From positions 1 through 64,000 of the IMG/VR virus record IMGVR_UViG_3300035698_006717: 64,000 bases of DNA. One strand, written 5' to 3'. The notes beneath the pieces were generated by a model. It was not told where the DNA came from. It ran no database searches and saw only the letters and a program-made list of their open reading frames with translations. Source of the stretch: a virus. The translations under genes were made by a program, and so were the position numbers. Shown here one piece after another: positions 7,401 to 17,173 of the stretch (its first letter is position 1; each line of letters begins with the position of its first letter).

Positions 7401-10138
7401 AGAATTTAGAAGATCTGAAAAATAAAAGGCTGAAGGATGAGGATGCAGTATATGTTGCGCAAGTCCAAACTGTTGCTAATGTTGCTGTTGCTGTTGGAGG
7501 ATTTGCAAGAACTATATTTGAAGAAATAAGTGGTACGACAGATGAGCTTACTGGAAAGATATTGGATAGTGCACAAGGTTTTGTCTCTGCTATAGCAGAA
7601 GGCTCTAAAGGTGGAGTTGTAGGTGCTGTCATAGGTGCTGCTACTGCAGTTGTTGTTGAAAGTATCAAGGCTATAAAATTTAACATGGAATTTGCAGATA
7701 AAGCTCTGGCTGCTCAAAAAGCTGCCGCTCTTGCTGCTGCTCAAGACTTACGGGAACTTGGAGTTGCTACACAGAAATTGAATAGAGATTTTACTTCATT
7801 TGCATCAGATATATTAGGCTTAGGCTCTAGTGAGCAAAGCTCTAATGATGCAGTAGATATAGCAGGTGAGAAATATACAGAATCTTTCACAGCTATACCA
7901 GGATTTGAAGATTATGATATAGAGGGAGCTTTTGATGAGCTATTTTCAAATGCCAAGATAGATGAAAATGGATTGGGCACAGTTACAGGTATATTTGACT
8001 CACTGTTCAGTAAGCTGCTTGACCCAGCTTCATTAATTCCTGTGTCTGGAGGAAGCGGCCCTGCTACAAGCGCTGATGGTACTGTTATAGGAACAGGGGT
8101 GCAAGTATCTAGAGGTGATAATCCAAATGATATATATTTTGAGTCAGAGTTTTTAAGGAATATAACCAACCTACTTTCACAGGTTGCCCCAGATGATCAG
8201 CTTGGAGCAGCTACTGCATTCTCTGAATTTGCTGGTACATATCTGTTGAATTCATTCCGAACTGAATTATATGCTCCTATAAATGCTATCTCTTCTGATT
8301 GGTCTGTTACTACTGATGAATTTATAGATGCAGTAAGTACTATGAGAGGTAGTATTGAAACCCTGCCTAGTTTTGTAAGTGATCTTGGCCCTAATATACA
8401 AAATGCACTAGCTGGTGATTTTAAAGTCCTAGCAGATTTAGAGTTCAACAAGAAGAGAGATAGAGCAATAGAGGGTGGCAACACTGATGCTATTGAAGGA
8501 ATTTTTGATCAATATGAAAATAGCTTGCTTACTATCCTTAATAAATTTCCAAACGTAACAGGATCTACAAGACTTTCTATAAATGACTTATTGACTCAGC
8601 TGCCAGGTCAAGAGGCTGCTGCATTAGCAGCATCTTCAGTACCTGCAGAATCTCCATTAGATCTAAGTGAAGTAACTGCTGCTGCAGATAAAATAGTTGA
8701 TGCCTTTACTGATGGGTACATAACATGGGAGGAAGCTAATCAGAAATTAGGTATTCTGAGGGATGCTGTTGATCAACTACCTGCTGGTATGCAAAAAGAA
8801 TTTGATGATATGTTAGATAGTATGTCCCTACTGCTAAGGAAAAGTGTTGGCGATAGGTTAGCTGAAGCGCAGAGCATACAAGGTGATATATCAGGTGAGA
8901 CAGATACATATAATGAAGATCTTGCAGGAATTGCTGAGGATACTGCTGATGTTATAAAAACTTGGAATGACCTTTTAGATAAGAGATCTGATATAATTAG
9001 TAAGTTTGAATCTGATGCTGCCAAGCTAGAGACTGATTCTTCTGATAGAGTAAGCGCATTAGAAGCTGAGAAGGCTGCTATAGTCGGAGTATTTGATTTT
9101 AGCGAGACACAAAGTAAAAGGTCTAAGAGGTTTGCTGATGCTAGAGGAGTTGAAAATAAAATACTTGAAGAAATTATAACTACACAGCTAAAGCTAAGTG
9201 ACCTTACTGAAAAGTTTGAATCTGATCTTGAAAAAGTTGGAGAAAAGATTACTGACCTTAAAGTAGAATATGGAAGTATAGAAGGTGTATATGAGCACTT
9301 TGCCAGTATTAGGGCTACAAGGGAAGCAGAGTATGTTGACTTCCTAACTACTCAGATTAGTTTACTTGAAACACTATTAGGACACCAGTTAGACTTAGGG
9401 CCAAATCCTCAGAATAGTATGGGTAGTGATTCTGAACTAGGTTCTCATATAGCAGGTATGGATTTGTCTAATGAGTTTCCTGATGTTGGTGATGTTGATA
9501 CTGATGCTAAATTAGCAGCAGTAGATGCCTTAGATGAATCTATTAGTAAGATAGTAGGGCCAATTGATCCATATAGCGGTGGCGCTGGTGGTGATACTAC
9601 TGGTAGACCTGAACCTGGTCCAGAAGGTATAGCAACTGTTGATGCATTTGGCGAAGAAGTACCACGTGGTACACATGTCCCAAATTTTATCTCACAATCA
9701 TTAATACCAACCAGAACAGACTTTGGAGAGACTGATGCTGTTGGTGCTGTTGCTCCAGTGTTTGATTTTAGTCAGCCAACTCCATTCCCTACTAGCGGTA
9801 GTAGTGTTAATAGCATGATAGAGAATGAGATGAATAATATACCTGCTGCTAATGGATTTAGTGGGATTGTAAGCAAGCCTACTCGGTTCCTAGCTGGTGA
9901 AGGTAGATTTCCTGAGATGGTGAATATAGATCCTTTAGATGGTATTCATGATTCTGCTCAAGGGTTAGGTAAAGGTGCAGGTACTACAATTGTACAAAAT
10001 GTTAACTTAGATTTAAGAGGGGCATACGGAGTAGACAATCCTGATATTGCTCAGAAGGTATGGAATAGAGTTTGGGAACCTGCAAGAAGAAGAACAATCA
10101 ATAGAGTTCTTAATGTCAGAGGTAAGGTAACAAGATGA
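4478..10138 (+). CDS. Tail tape measure protein (TP901-type core)
   Basis: 1886 aa. N-terminal VGTILAKLVLD, TP901-like core (AGIKASRAGTSLR), hydrophobic segments, coiled coils, and a C-terminal ANGFSGIVSKPTRFLAGEG..PE motif. Confidence 0.95.
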   Translation: MAQVTVGTILAKLVLDQTQFKAALGGAGAATKQMGGSLNRLSNGFQGMSTELFRASAVLTGMSAGLIALNKSIATVALGYNKNMTIIKAVTDASGEEMERMGMIAREMGQSTIFGATKAAEGLLVLSRMGLKASQSMQVLSPAMKLAQGQQSDMTATTELLVQQLKAFGKETDSADSFANVLAATSSKTAADLTKLSTALSFAGPIAKLAGLSFEEVNATLGLMFNAGIKASRAGTSLRFAIAALLGATSKSAKALGRLGLTVKDVNPNLNSMEDILKTLATRLEGTSEKAQIIFDIFGKRAAPAMGAVLNAVLKNADAFSDLETSITGTNEVQRQFAEQQNSFFGQVNLLKTSLEGLAIEFGEVLLPTFQKGIEILKVLIKSFKEMPDFVKKAIAGFVVFATVGTTLLAALTALAFSISTLIGLATTLGPYLAGIALALGTSLGPITLVVGAIGLLTAGLIAFNVAAGIQKEKTEALAESVGSLNDSYVKAASALEAAEKKRFNARGYDQIIAAEKELDKARKDARTALDQLVTKHPQVIASYDMMTGEIDLNAEAIRNLTAARKASVLEEQDFYEVVKKNLENEISQMKSIIKLSGEKRSRAKQTQEEKEFTLEDRTRDKDIGGPAMGMAWDAAKRDTKEAKEEYENINTVYTESVAKLRSLQKELAGLKDPTESASMVSGELSEEIDGLGDKSEKTITRLTSLIDKIRDLEVELKQASEQSDIDFGLINADDFSKSLAKLDEKFGNQLESFQKKATKAGDRLAKALQGRDEDGKIINQKDVDEATAALADVTSEMTAFKDNQSVLVDAMKEKLITDYFDEIEAKSLDTQAVIESTNASLATDLETRMAGELVAIKLRHAAEVKQIKERIKLQMLYIKTASVNPDTDPRVSAMLKEQLIALEAEQAALEMENAAEVSEFKINSANTVNKIIDDGILKHHKSRVDNEKAVLKETKRQISALEEARDSGVKIDLKNLEDLKNKRLKDEDAVYVAQVQTVANVAVAVGGFARTIFEEISGTTDELTGKILDSAQGFVSAIAEGSKGGVVGAVIGAATAVVVESIKAIKFNMEFADKALAAQKAAALAAAQDLRELGVATQKLNRDFTSFASDILGLGSSEQSSNDAVDIAGEKYTESFTAIPGFEDYDIEGAFDELFSNAKIDENGLGTVTGIFDSLFSKLLDPASLIPVSGGSGPATSADGTVIGTGVQVSRGDNPNDIYFESEFLRNITNLLSQVAPDDQLGAATAFSEFAGTYLLNSFRTELYAPINAISSDWSVTTDEFIDAVSTMRGSIETLPSFVSDLGPNIQNALAGDFKVLADLEFNKKRDRAIEGGNTDAIEGIFDQYENSLLTILNKFPNVTGSTRLSINDLLTQLPGQEAAALAASSVPAESPLDLSEVTAAADKIVDAFTDGYITWEEANQKLGILRDAVDQLPAGMQKEFDDMLDSMSLLLRKSVGDRLAEAQSIQGDISGETDTYNEDLAGIAEDTADVIKTWNDLLDKRSDIISKFESDAAKLETDSSDRVSALEAEKAAIVGVFDFSETQSKRSKRFADARGVENKILEEIITTQLKLSDLTEKFESDLEKVGEKITDLKVEYGSIEGVYEHFASIRATREAEYVDFLTTQISLLETLLGHQLDLGPNPQNSMGSDSELGSHIAGMDLSNEFPDVGDVDTDAKLAAVDALDESISKIVGPIDPYSGGAGGDTTGRPEPGPEGIATVDAFGEEVPRGTHVPNFISQSLIPTRTDFGETDAVGAVAPVFDFSQPTPFPTSGSSVNSMIENEMNNIPAANGFSGIVSKPTRFLAGEGRFPEMVNIDPLDGIHDSAQGLGKGAGTTIVQNVNLDLRGAYGVDNPDIAQKVWNRVWEPARRRTINRVLNVRGKVTR

Positions 10139-13100
10139 GCAAATTAGTTGCAAATTCAGATACCGTAAAGAGACTTGGTATAACAGGAATTGGTACAGAT
10201 GCAATAGGGCATAAGCTGTTATTGTTTGAACAGCTTGATGCTAAGATATTGCAATACAAACCTAATACTGGAAGTGGTGGCACCTACTATATAGAAGGTG
10301 ATGTTACCAGTTTCATATCGGACTATGATTCTTTTTGGGTCAGCAGTAGAAAGTCTGGAGATTTTAATGTAGTGGCAAAAGACTCTGCATCATATGACTC
10401 AGATAAATTATGGACTGAGCTAGTTCTATCTAGTACTGCTGAAGATAGCTCTACATTCAATACAGATATATCTGATGTTGGCGCTTACTTATGTGGGCGT
10501 ACTGATGTGACAGATCTTATTAAGGAAACATCTGAAATATCTAATCAGCTTGTTGAAGATGGATCACTAGGTAACTCTGTAGCAGCTCAGTATGGGTTCT
10601 CTTTATATGATACAGATAGGGTATACTTTGATAAGATTAATAGAAGTGGTAAATTGTATCCTAAAGATTCAATAACTGAATTGATGTCAGTAGCTTCTGA
10701 ATCTGAATACTCTCCTCAATCTGGAGTATATGAAACTTTCCTTAAGGTTGCAAACCTCACAAAATACTATACAGGTACTGATTTTGAGTATGGATATGTG
10801 GAGTTCTTAACTGGAGTGGCCGCTGGCAGTAAATCTCTTATCATAGGCAGTAACGGTTACAATTTGAAGGTACTAGGGCACCTTGCCAAGGACTTTAAAA
10901 ATGTTAGCGAGTATTCCCTACCTATTAGGGCCAAAGATCGTGTACGTGTGTTCAAATCGCCTACATATTGGTTCAGATTAGACTTATGGCATAGAGATTA
11001 CTTATCAGAGAAGTTACAGGTTGTTACAGGTAAACTTGATCTAGAAAGTGTATCCACTAATGATAAGGAACGTATAGTATCTGTTACAGGATATGGTACT
11101 GTAAAAGATATGATGAATAAGGATCTGTCAGATATAAACTTTGATGCAGGTTTGAACCTTCCTAGGCTTCAAGAAGTCAAGGCTTTGTATATAGATAAGT
11201 GTGCTAACAGATCTCTGAAGGTTATACAGAGGTCTGAAGTTGATCCAAATCCTCTTGCTTCTGTAAATGTTATGCAGGTAGGGTATGATGTTGACCCAGG
11301 ATGGCACTTTTTAGATTACAATCCTCAAGATAATATGTTTAGGTTTGATCTTGGTATATGGTTTGTTGCAATAGATGAAGGTAGCTTTGAGAAATCTACT
11401 AATTCTATATTTATCATAAGTAGGGATAATTCTTATGTTGCTGATGGATATGATTACCCAGCAGTATTGCCTGACCACACTCTTGAGTCTAACACTAATG
11501 AAGAGAATGTTAAGATTGAGAGGAAGTGGCACGGCAAGTGGTGTTCATTTACTATAGATGTGAAAGAAGATTTTTATGTTGGAGCTTCTCAATCTGATAG
11601 GCTTAAATTAGGAACAACTCACTTTAAGAAGTTTTCAGAACTACCTAGTGAGCCTTTCAGACTTATGTTTCGTGTAACTGAAGATAGGACTATAGCAGAC
11701 CAGACTGTTTTTTCATATTCTTATGATCACGGTGAATCTGTAGTTCCTAACCTGTTCTTTGATTATATATATGAACCTGGATCTGGAGCACAATATGATC
11801 GTGATTTGACTTATGATTTAGGTATGGAAGCTATGATGGATAGGAATACTGCTGACTCACTACCTTGGTATGACTCTGCAGGTGGAACTATGATGCAATT
11901 CTGGTGCTTCAATAAGTTTAATGGCATTATGCTTAGATTCCGTAATGATGATTACACATATAACTCTCAGACACTTAGAGCATTACAGCATACTATGTTA
12001 TTCCATACTAATGGATTAGGTCAAGAATTTGATGATGTTGGTTCAAATGTGAACCCTAGATTTAATGGAGGGTATTGTATTAGTTCTCCTGCTGCCAAGG
12101 ATACTTTAAGGTTAGAGACTTTTGATGATGATGCATCTCAGATAGTTGATGCTGATAACTTTTTAGATTTATGGCTACTTTCTACTAATGGTAGTAATTT
12201 TGGAGAGATACGCCAGATTGATACAGCATCAGAGCATACTGACAAAAGTCAGTTTGATCTTACTTTGAAATCTGGATTCAGTAACAATATAGCACAGTAT
12301 GATAAATTTACAGTAGTAAAGAAAAGCCAGAGTATTCGTGTTATAGATTTGTTTGATATATTTAAGGATGGCGAGTCTCCTGATGTATTAGCAGAAGAGC
12401 ACGGTGGCAATATTGCATCTGATACTTTTACAGATATAAGAGCTACCAATATAGATAATGTGTTATACTCTGATGTTGTAATTAAACCAGATAGCAAACT
12501 TCACATAGGCCATAGACACAAGTTCAGTTCGTTCATTGTAATGCTTGATACAAATACAACTCCTCTAAATGTTGACTATGCAGATATTGCTTGGCAGCTT
12601 AGAGAAGATTCTATAGAGGTAGAGTATTGGAATGGTTCAGCTTGGTCAAAGGCTTCTAATGTAGTAGTAGTACCCACTTCTGTTTCAAATATTGATGATA
12701 CTTCCTCTACAGTATATGACCAAGATGATAAGATAAAGATTAAGGTTCTGTTTGATGCAGATGCTTGGAATACTGGATCATATGATTATACAGATTATGC
12801 TGCTGGTGATTCTCCTTCTGATATAAATGAAGATGATCAATTTGTTGTTAGGGTTAGGCTTTCTAATTCTATGCCAGTAATATTAGACTATGTATGCTTG
12901 AGTGATTCACAAGAACTTAATGCGGCTATTGTATGGGATAATTTAGATGCTTGGCGCCCTACCGCAGTCAATACTGAGAATGGAGCAGTACTTGTTAATA
13001 ATTTAAATGAGATAGATGCTAATTTTATAGCATACGGTATATTCTTGAGAGCATTTGAGTCTCGTTCTGATTTGATATCTGCAAGACCTATAGAAAAACT

Positions 13101-16100
13101 TGTTGGATCTTTAGGGGATACCCTATATGCAGTAATTGATCCAAATAATATTGATCCAAATAATAGTACAGATTTACTTGTGTGCAATCCAGATAATAGA
13201 AACAATATTAGTTCAATTCCAGTCAATATAAATTACCACCACTTAATGAGCCAGATACTGGATGATTCAGGATTCAAATATAATAAATTAATCAAAAGCC
13301 AACTAGACCAGTATAATGATTTTGATGTCAACTCTGTAAATCTAATAGGTTCTAATTATGATGGAGCACTTCCTGTTAGAGTAGGCTGGGATAATGCACT
13401 TGTAGGAATTGACTTATCTGATCAAGCCTTCTCTGGTTCTTATCAGCATATATGTACTATAAGAGATAATGGAGAGTATAAGTCTTTTGCTGTACATGCT
13501 GATCTTGGCGGTATAGATATGTGGACTTCTACTGATCTGAAGAGTTGGACTAATCAAGGAGATGTTGTTGCTAATATTGGTGACTATAATATCATAGCAG
13601 TAGATGTAGTAAAGAATAAGAATGATCCTACATATGCCTTTTATCTAACTGCAGCAGATACTGCTGGTGTTAATAGGTACAAGATATTTGTCAAGACTAC
13701 TACTGATGAGACTACTGTAGATATTTCAACCTCTACTGAGATAATTGATCTTACAACTAAGAATGCTGGATCAGTATCAGTACTCAACATAAAAGGTCTA
13801 ACAACTGATTCTACTACTTGCAGAAGAATAATGTGGGTAACTGTTTATGATGGAGTTGCAGTAGATGGAAGTAATATTCCTACTGATGGAGCAGATATAC
13901 ATTTCTATCAGAATCTGAATGCAGCTATTACAGGAACGTATACGGCTAGTGGCGCTGCAACTGGTGGCGGTGGACTCAATCCTTCCTTTATAAAGGGCAA
14001 CTATGCTATAAATGTTGGGGATGATACTGACAATACTGACAATATGCATTTTGAAGTAGTATTCATAGAAGGCACTTCTGCCACTGAATTATATAAGTTG
14101 ATTGCTAATTATGGTGACAATGAATTAACTGGAACTTGGGATGGGCCTTATCCAGTAACATCTGAAGCATTCTTGGAAGGATTTTCTGTAATAAAAGATT
14201 CTACCATATACAACTTAAGGGACATAGCCGCTAAAGATGCATTCACCATGATACCCCCGACAATTGACGCATTTATCATGATAGGGTTGGGGAGTGGAAC
14301 TAATACACCTGAGATCAAGGCTATAGACCTAAAAGTTACAGATCATAGTTCGGCATATCTTAAAAGTGTCAAAGCTGAACTTAATGGATATGATTGGTTC
14401 CTATCTAACAATTATGATATTGAGCTGAATAGTAATACAAATCCTGCCAACTTATTCCTAGGATTCTCAAAGAAGTTTAGCAAGCTAGAAGCAATTACCT
14501 CTGACGTCAAATATAGCGACAAGCTAAAGCTAGAGTATTGGGATGGTTCAGCTTGGCAAGAATTTGATAATATATATCAGTTAAGAGAGACTATTACTGA
14601 TAGTGAGATATGGCCTTTGTTTGGGTGCTATTGGGATATACCTATTGATTGGAAATCTGATGATATCAGTAATGTTGATGATTTTGCATATTACGATTTA
14701 GATGTTAATGCTCAATCTCTATATTGGATCAAGGTTAGCTTATCTGACAGCTATGCTGCTGACTCTGCAGTTAATGTGAGAGGGTTTAAGAATTGTTACA
14801 CAAACTTATTCTTGACAAAAGATAGGAATCTTTATGTAATGGAGAATTGGTCTTATGTAAGGAATGTATACACATTCCCTAATGAAATAGATAAGGCGAT
14901 GAAGATTGATAGTATATCATATGATGAGGCTGCTAATTTAGTCCTTGTGAATCTTGTGCAAAAAGGTGTATATAAATATCTGATTGATCAGACTTATGTA
15001 TTTGATGTATATGGTAGACATCAGCAAAAGACTCCTATATGGGACTTAGGAGATATGCACATTACTCTAAAAGATACTCCTGAGTCTATCTATAGAGTAG
15101 GGCACGAGAATCAGGTTGACGCTACAACTGGTTCAGGATTTGAGAATTTTATGGTTAATGTTATTGGCGGTTTGAGTGATGCTTTAATTGAAGATTATTA
15201 TAGAGATGGTACTTTTTCAGGATTTGCCAAGGTAGGATATAATGTGCCAATTCCTAAACCTCAGTTCATTCGTAAGTTTTCAGCTAGGAATACTGATTGG
15301 GATTTGACAGGAGCATTTTGGGAAACAATATTCTTGAATAACATATACATATTCAAGACTCTATCTGCTTCCTCTTCACCCGCATCATTAGCCACTTATG
15401 TCATAGCTTCTCTGACTAATAGCGGATTGCTGAATGAAGAACTTGTTAACGCTCCATATAGGAAGGTGTTGCCAGGATTCTATTCACTTCTTGAGAGATC
15501 GCTGATGGGGCTTAATCTTAAGTATCATGTTCTTATAACTGATGTAATAGATGATGCGCCAATAGCTCCTGTTGAGGATGAGGATTATCTTGTAAGCCTT
15601 TATGCTTCTTCTGACTGGAGTTCGGTATTTGTTGGCAAGGTTAATGAGATTGCAACTTACAAGCCTGATACTCCTGAACAGTGGAGTATTTCTAAGCCAT
15701 CTGAAGGTACTATTATATTCATAGAATCTGACCAAGTATATAAGTGGTGGGACGGTCAAGAGTGGAGATCGTATGAGACAGATATAATCTGGCCTGGCAG
15801 AGAGGACATTGCTAATGAAGATGGCATAGGTCTAGAATTCACTATGGGGCAAACTGGAGTGAAGACTAAGCACTTTAGGAATCGTGATAGTAAGCCAACA
15901 AGGTTCTTGAACAATAATGTAAACCAGAGTTTTGATGATAAGATTGTATCAAGTTATCGGCACATTCCTATGGGAGTTGCAGATAGTACGGTTTTTGGGC
16001 ATCAAGATACAGGATGGTTCCCTAAGAATCTAAAGCCTACTTGTTCAGCAGATATGCCTGACCTTGCTTCGCTTAAGGATTCTAATGGGTTTACGGATGA

Positions 16101-17172
16101 TCGTAGAATATTGGAACCAAGTTCACCTGCTATGGTATTTGGATCTTATGAGTTCTTAGATGTTGAGTTAGGTGATTCTATTGAAAGAGAGGAGGCTGCT
16201 ACTGATGATGTCAACCCTTATGGTAATATGTCTATTAATGTATTCAAGCAGCAAGGTAGAGTAGCTAATTGGTTACATGCCTTATACTACGATGGTGCTG
16301 GTACTACATATACTGAGATAACAGATGATATGAATTATAAGGATTCTGGTAATAGTTATGATATGGATCATGCTGATGATGCTATATACCTTTGCCTTGA
16401 TAAGAAGTTCTTTTCTATAATGTTAGGTTCAAATTCAGATTTTATTACAGAACTTAAGTCTTTCGCTTATCTTGATACTACTGGTGGATGGACTGGTCTG
16501 ACTGTTGGCAATAATTCATATGGCAATTACAATACAAAAGATAATACTGATTCTGATCTATGGATGAAAAAAGTATTAGGTTCAAGTTACTATTGGGATC
16601 AATTTCTTAGGGATTGGGATCAAGAGACATTTCAGAGTGTGACTGGATATTGGATCAGAATAAAAGGTAGCGCTGCTGCTGGTAGTAAAATATTCTGGTC
16701 AGTAGTTAATGGATATACTATCTTTGACTCTATGAGATGGTGGCAGGATTATTCTACAGAGATTACTTCCACACTTGCTCCTACAATTATCGGTATAGCA
16801 GATGCAGACAAAAGATATTTTGATACGTTTGTTCCTATATCAATTGACTATGATGTATTCAGCAAAAGAGTTACTGGGTGTTTATGGAACTTCAATACTG
16901 ATCAGTACTATCCATTCTCAATACAATTTGACTCTACTAAATTGAAGACTGCAACTGATAATTATTGGAGTTGGGAGCTTAGTAAAATAAACATTATAGA
17001 TAGCGCCGCCTATAACTATTTTTATAAGGTACAAAGTATTAAGAGTACATCGCCTGTTGATAGCAAGGCCATACTAATTGATGATAGTAAGCCTGAGTCT
17101 ATAGCATATATGGCGAACATTAAGAATTTTGATTCTGGTGATGATCTATTTAATTTCCAGTTAGGTTCATAA
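10135..17172 (+). CDS. Giant multidomain tail-tip / baseplate-hub protein
   Basis: 2345 aa directly after TMP (ATGA overlap). Hub-like N-terminus, repeated EYWxGSAW beta modules and a DUF2793-like segment. Confidence 0.7.
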   Translation: MSKLVANSDTVKRLGITGIGTDAIGHKLLLFEQLDAKILQYKPNTGSGGTYYIEGDVTSFISDYDSFWVSSRKSGDFNVVAKDSASYDSDKLWTELVLSSTAEDSSTFNTDISDVGAYLCGRTDVTDLIKETSEISNQLVEDGSLGNSVAAQYGFSLYDTDRVYFDKINRSGKLYPKDSITELMSVASESEYSPQSGVYETFLKVANLTKYYTGTDFEYGYVEFLTGVAAGSKSLIIGSNGYNLKVLGHLAKDFKNVSEYSLPIRAKDRVRVFKSPTYWFRLDLWHRDYLSEKLQVVTGKLDLESVSTNDKERIVSVTGYGTVKDMMNKDLSDINFDAGLNLPRLQEVKALYIDKCANRSLKVIQRSEVDPNPLASVNVMQVGYDVDPGWHFLDYNPQDNMFRFDLGIWFVAIDEGSFEKSTNSIFIISRDNSYVADGYDYPAVLPDHTLESNTNEENVKIERKWHGKWCSFTIDVKEDFYVGASQSDRLKLGTTHFKKFSELPSEPFRLMFRVTEDRTIADQTVFSYSYDHGESVVPNLFFDYIYEPGSGAQYDRDLTYDLGMEAMMDRNTADSLPWYDSAGGTMMQFWCFNKFNGIMLRFRNDDYTYNSQTLRALQHTMLFHTNGLGQEFDDVGSNVNPRFNGGYCISSPAAKDTLRLETFDDDASQIVDADNFLDLWLLSTNGSNFGEIRQIDTASEHTDKSQFDLTLKSGFSNNIAQYDKFTVVKKSQSIRVIDLFDIFKDGESPDVLAEEHGGNIASDTFTDIRATNIDNVLYSDVVIKPDSKLHIGHRHKFSSFIVMLDTNTTPLNVDYADIAWQLREDSIEVEYWNGSAWSKASNVVVVPTSVSNIDDTSSTVYDQDDKIKIKVLFDADAWNTGSYDYTDYAAGDSPSDINEDDQFVVRVRLSNSMPVILDYVCLSDSQELNAAIVWDNLDAWRPTAVNTENGAVLVNNLNEIDANFIAYGIFLRAFESRSDLISARPIEKLVGSLGDTLYAVIDPNNIDPNNSTDLLVCNPDNRNNISSIPVNINYHHLMSQILDDSGFKYNKLIKSQLDQYNDFDVNSVNLIGSNYDGALPVRVGWDNALVGIDLSDQAFSGSYQHICTIRDNGEYKSFAVHADLGGIDMWTSTDLKSWTNQGDVVANIGDYNIIAVDVVKNKNDPTYAFYLTAADTAGVNRYKIFVKTTTDETTVDISTSTEIIDLTTKNAGSVSVLNIKGLTTDSTTCRRIMWVTVYDGVAVDGSNIPTDGADIHFYQNLNAAITGTYTASGAATGGGGLNPSFIKGNYAINVGDDTDNTDNMHFEVVFIEGTSATELYKLIANYGDNELTGTWDGPYPVTSEAFLEGFSVIKDSTIYNLRDIAAKDAFTMIPPTIDAFIMIGLGSGTNTPEIKAIDLKVTDHSSAYLKSVKAELNGYDWFLSNNYDIELNSNTNPANLFLGFSKKFSKLEAITSDVKYSDKLKLEYWDGSAWQEFDNIYQLRETITDSEIWPLFGCYWDIPIDWKSDDISNVDDFAYYDLDVNAQSLYWIKVSLSDSYAADSAVNVRGFKNCYTNLFLTKDRNLYVMENWSYVRNVYTFPNEIDKAMKIDSISYDEAANLVLVNLVQKGVYKYLIDQTYVFDVYGRHQQKTPIWDLGDMHITLKDTPESIYRVGHENQVDATTGSGFENFMVNVIGGLSDALIEDYYRDGTFSGFAKVGYNVPIPKPQFIRKFSARNTDWDLTGAFWETIFLNNIYIFKTLSASSSPASLATYVIASLTNSGLLNEELVNAPYRKVLPGFYSLLERSLMGLNLKYHVLITDVIDDAPIAPVEDEDYLVSLYASSDWSSVFVGKVNEIATYKPDTPEQWSISKPSEGTIIFIESDQVYKWWDGQEWRSYETDIIWPGREDIANEDGIGLEFTMGQTGVKTKHFRNRDSKPTRFLNNNVNQSFDDKIVSSYRHIPMGVADSTVFGHQDTGWFPKNLKPTCSADMPDLASLKDSNGFTDDRRILEPSSPAMVFGSYEFLDVELGDSIEREEAATDDVNPYGNMSINVFKQQGRVANWLHALYYDGAGTTYTEITDDMNYKDSGNSYDMDHADDAIYLCLDKKFFSIMLGSNSDFITELKSFAYLDTTGGWTGLTVGNNSYGNYNTKDNTDSDLWMKKVLGSSYYWDQFLRDWDQETFQSVTGYWIRIKGSAAAGSKIFWSVVNGYTIFDSMRWWQDYSTEITSTLAPTIIGIADADKRYFDTFVPISIDYDVFSKRVTGCLWNFNTDQYYPFSIQFDSTKLKTATDNYWSWELSKINIIDSAAYNYFYKVQSIKSTSPVDSKAILIDDSKPESIAYMANIKNFDSGDDLFNFQLGS

Positions 17173-17173
17173 T

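Noticed and set aside
4879-9024. Several minus-strand ORFs opposite the tape measure gene
   Set aside because: Antisense shadows produced by codon bias; no RBS or recognisable motifs.
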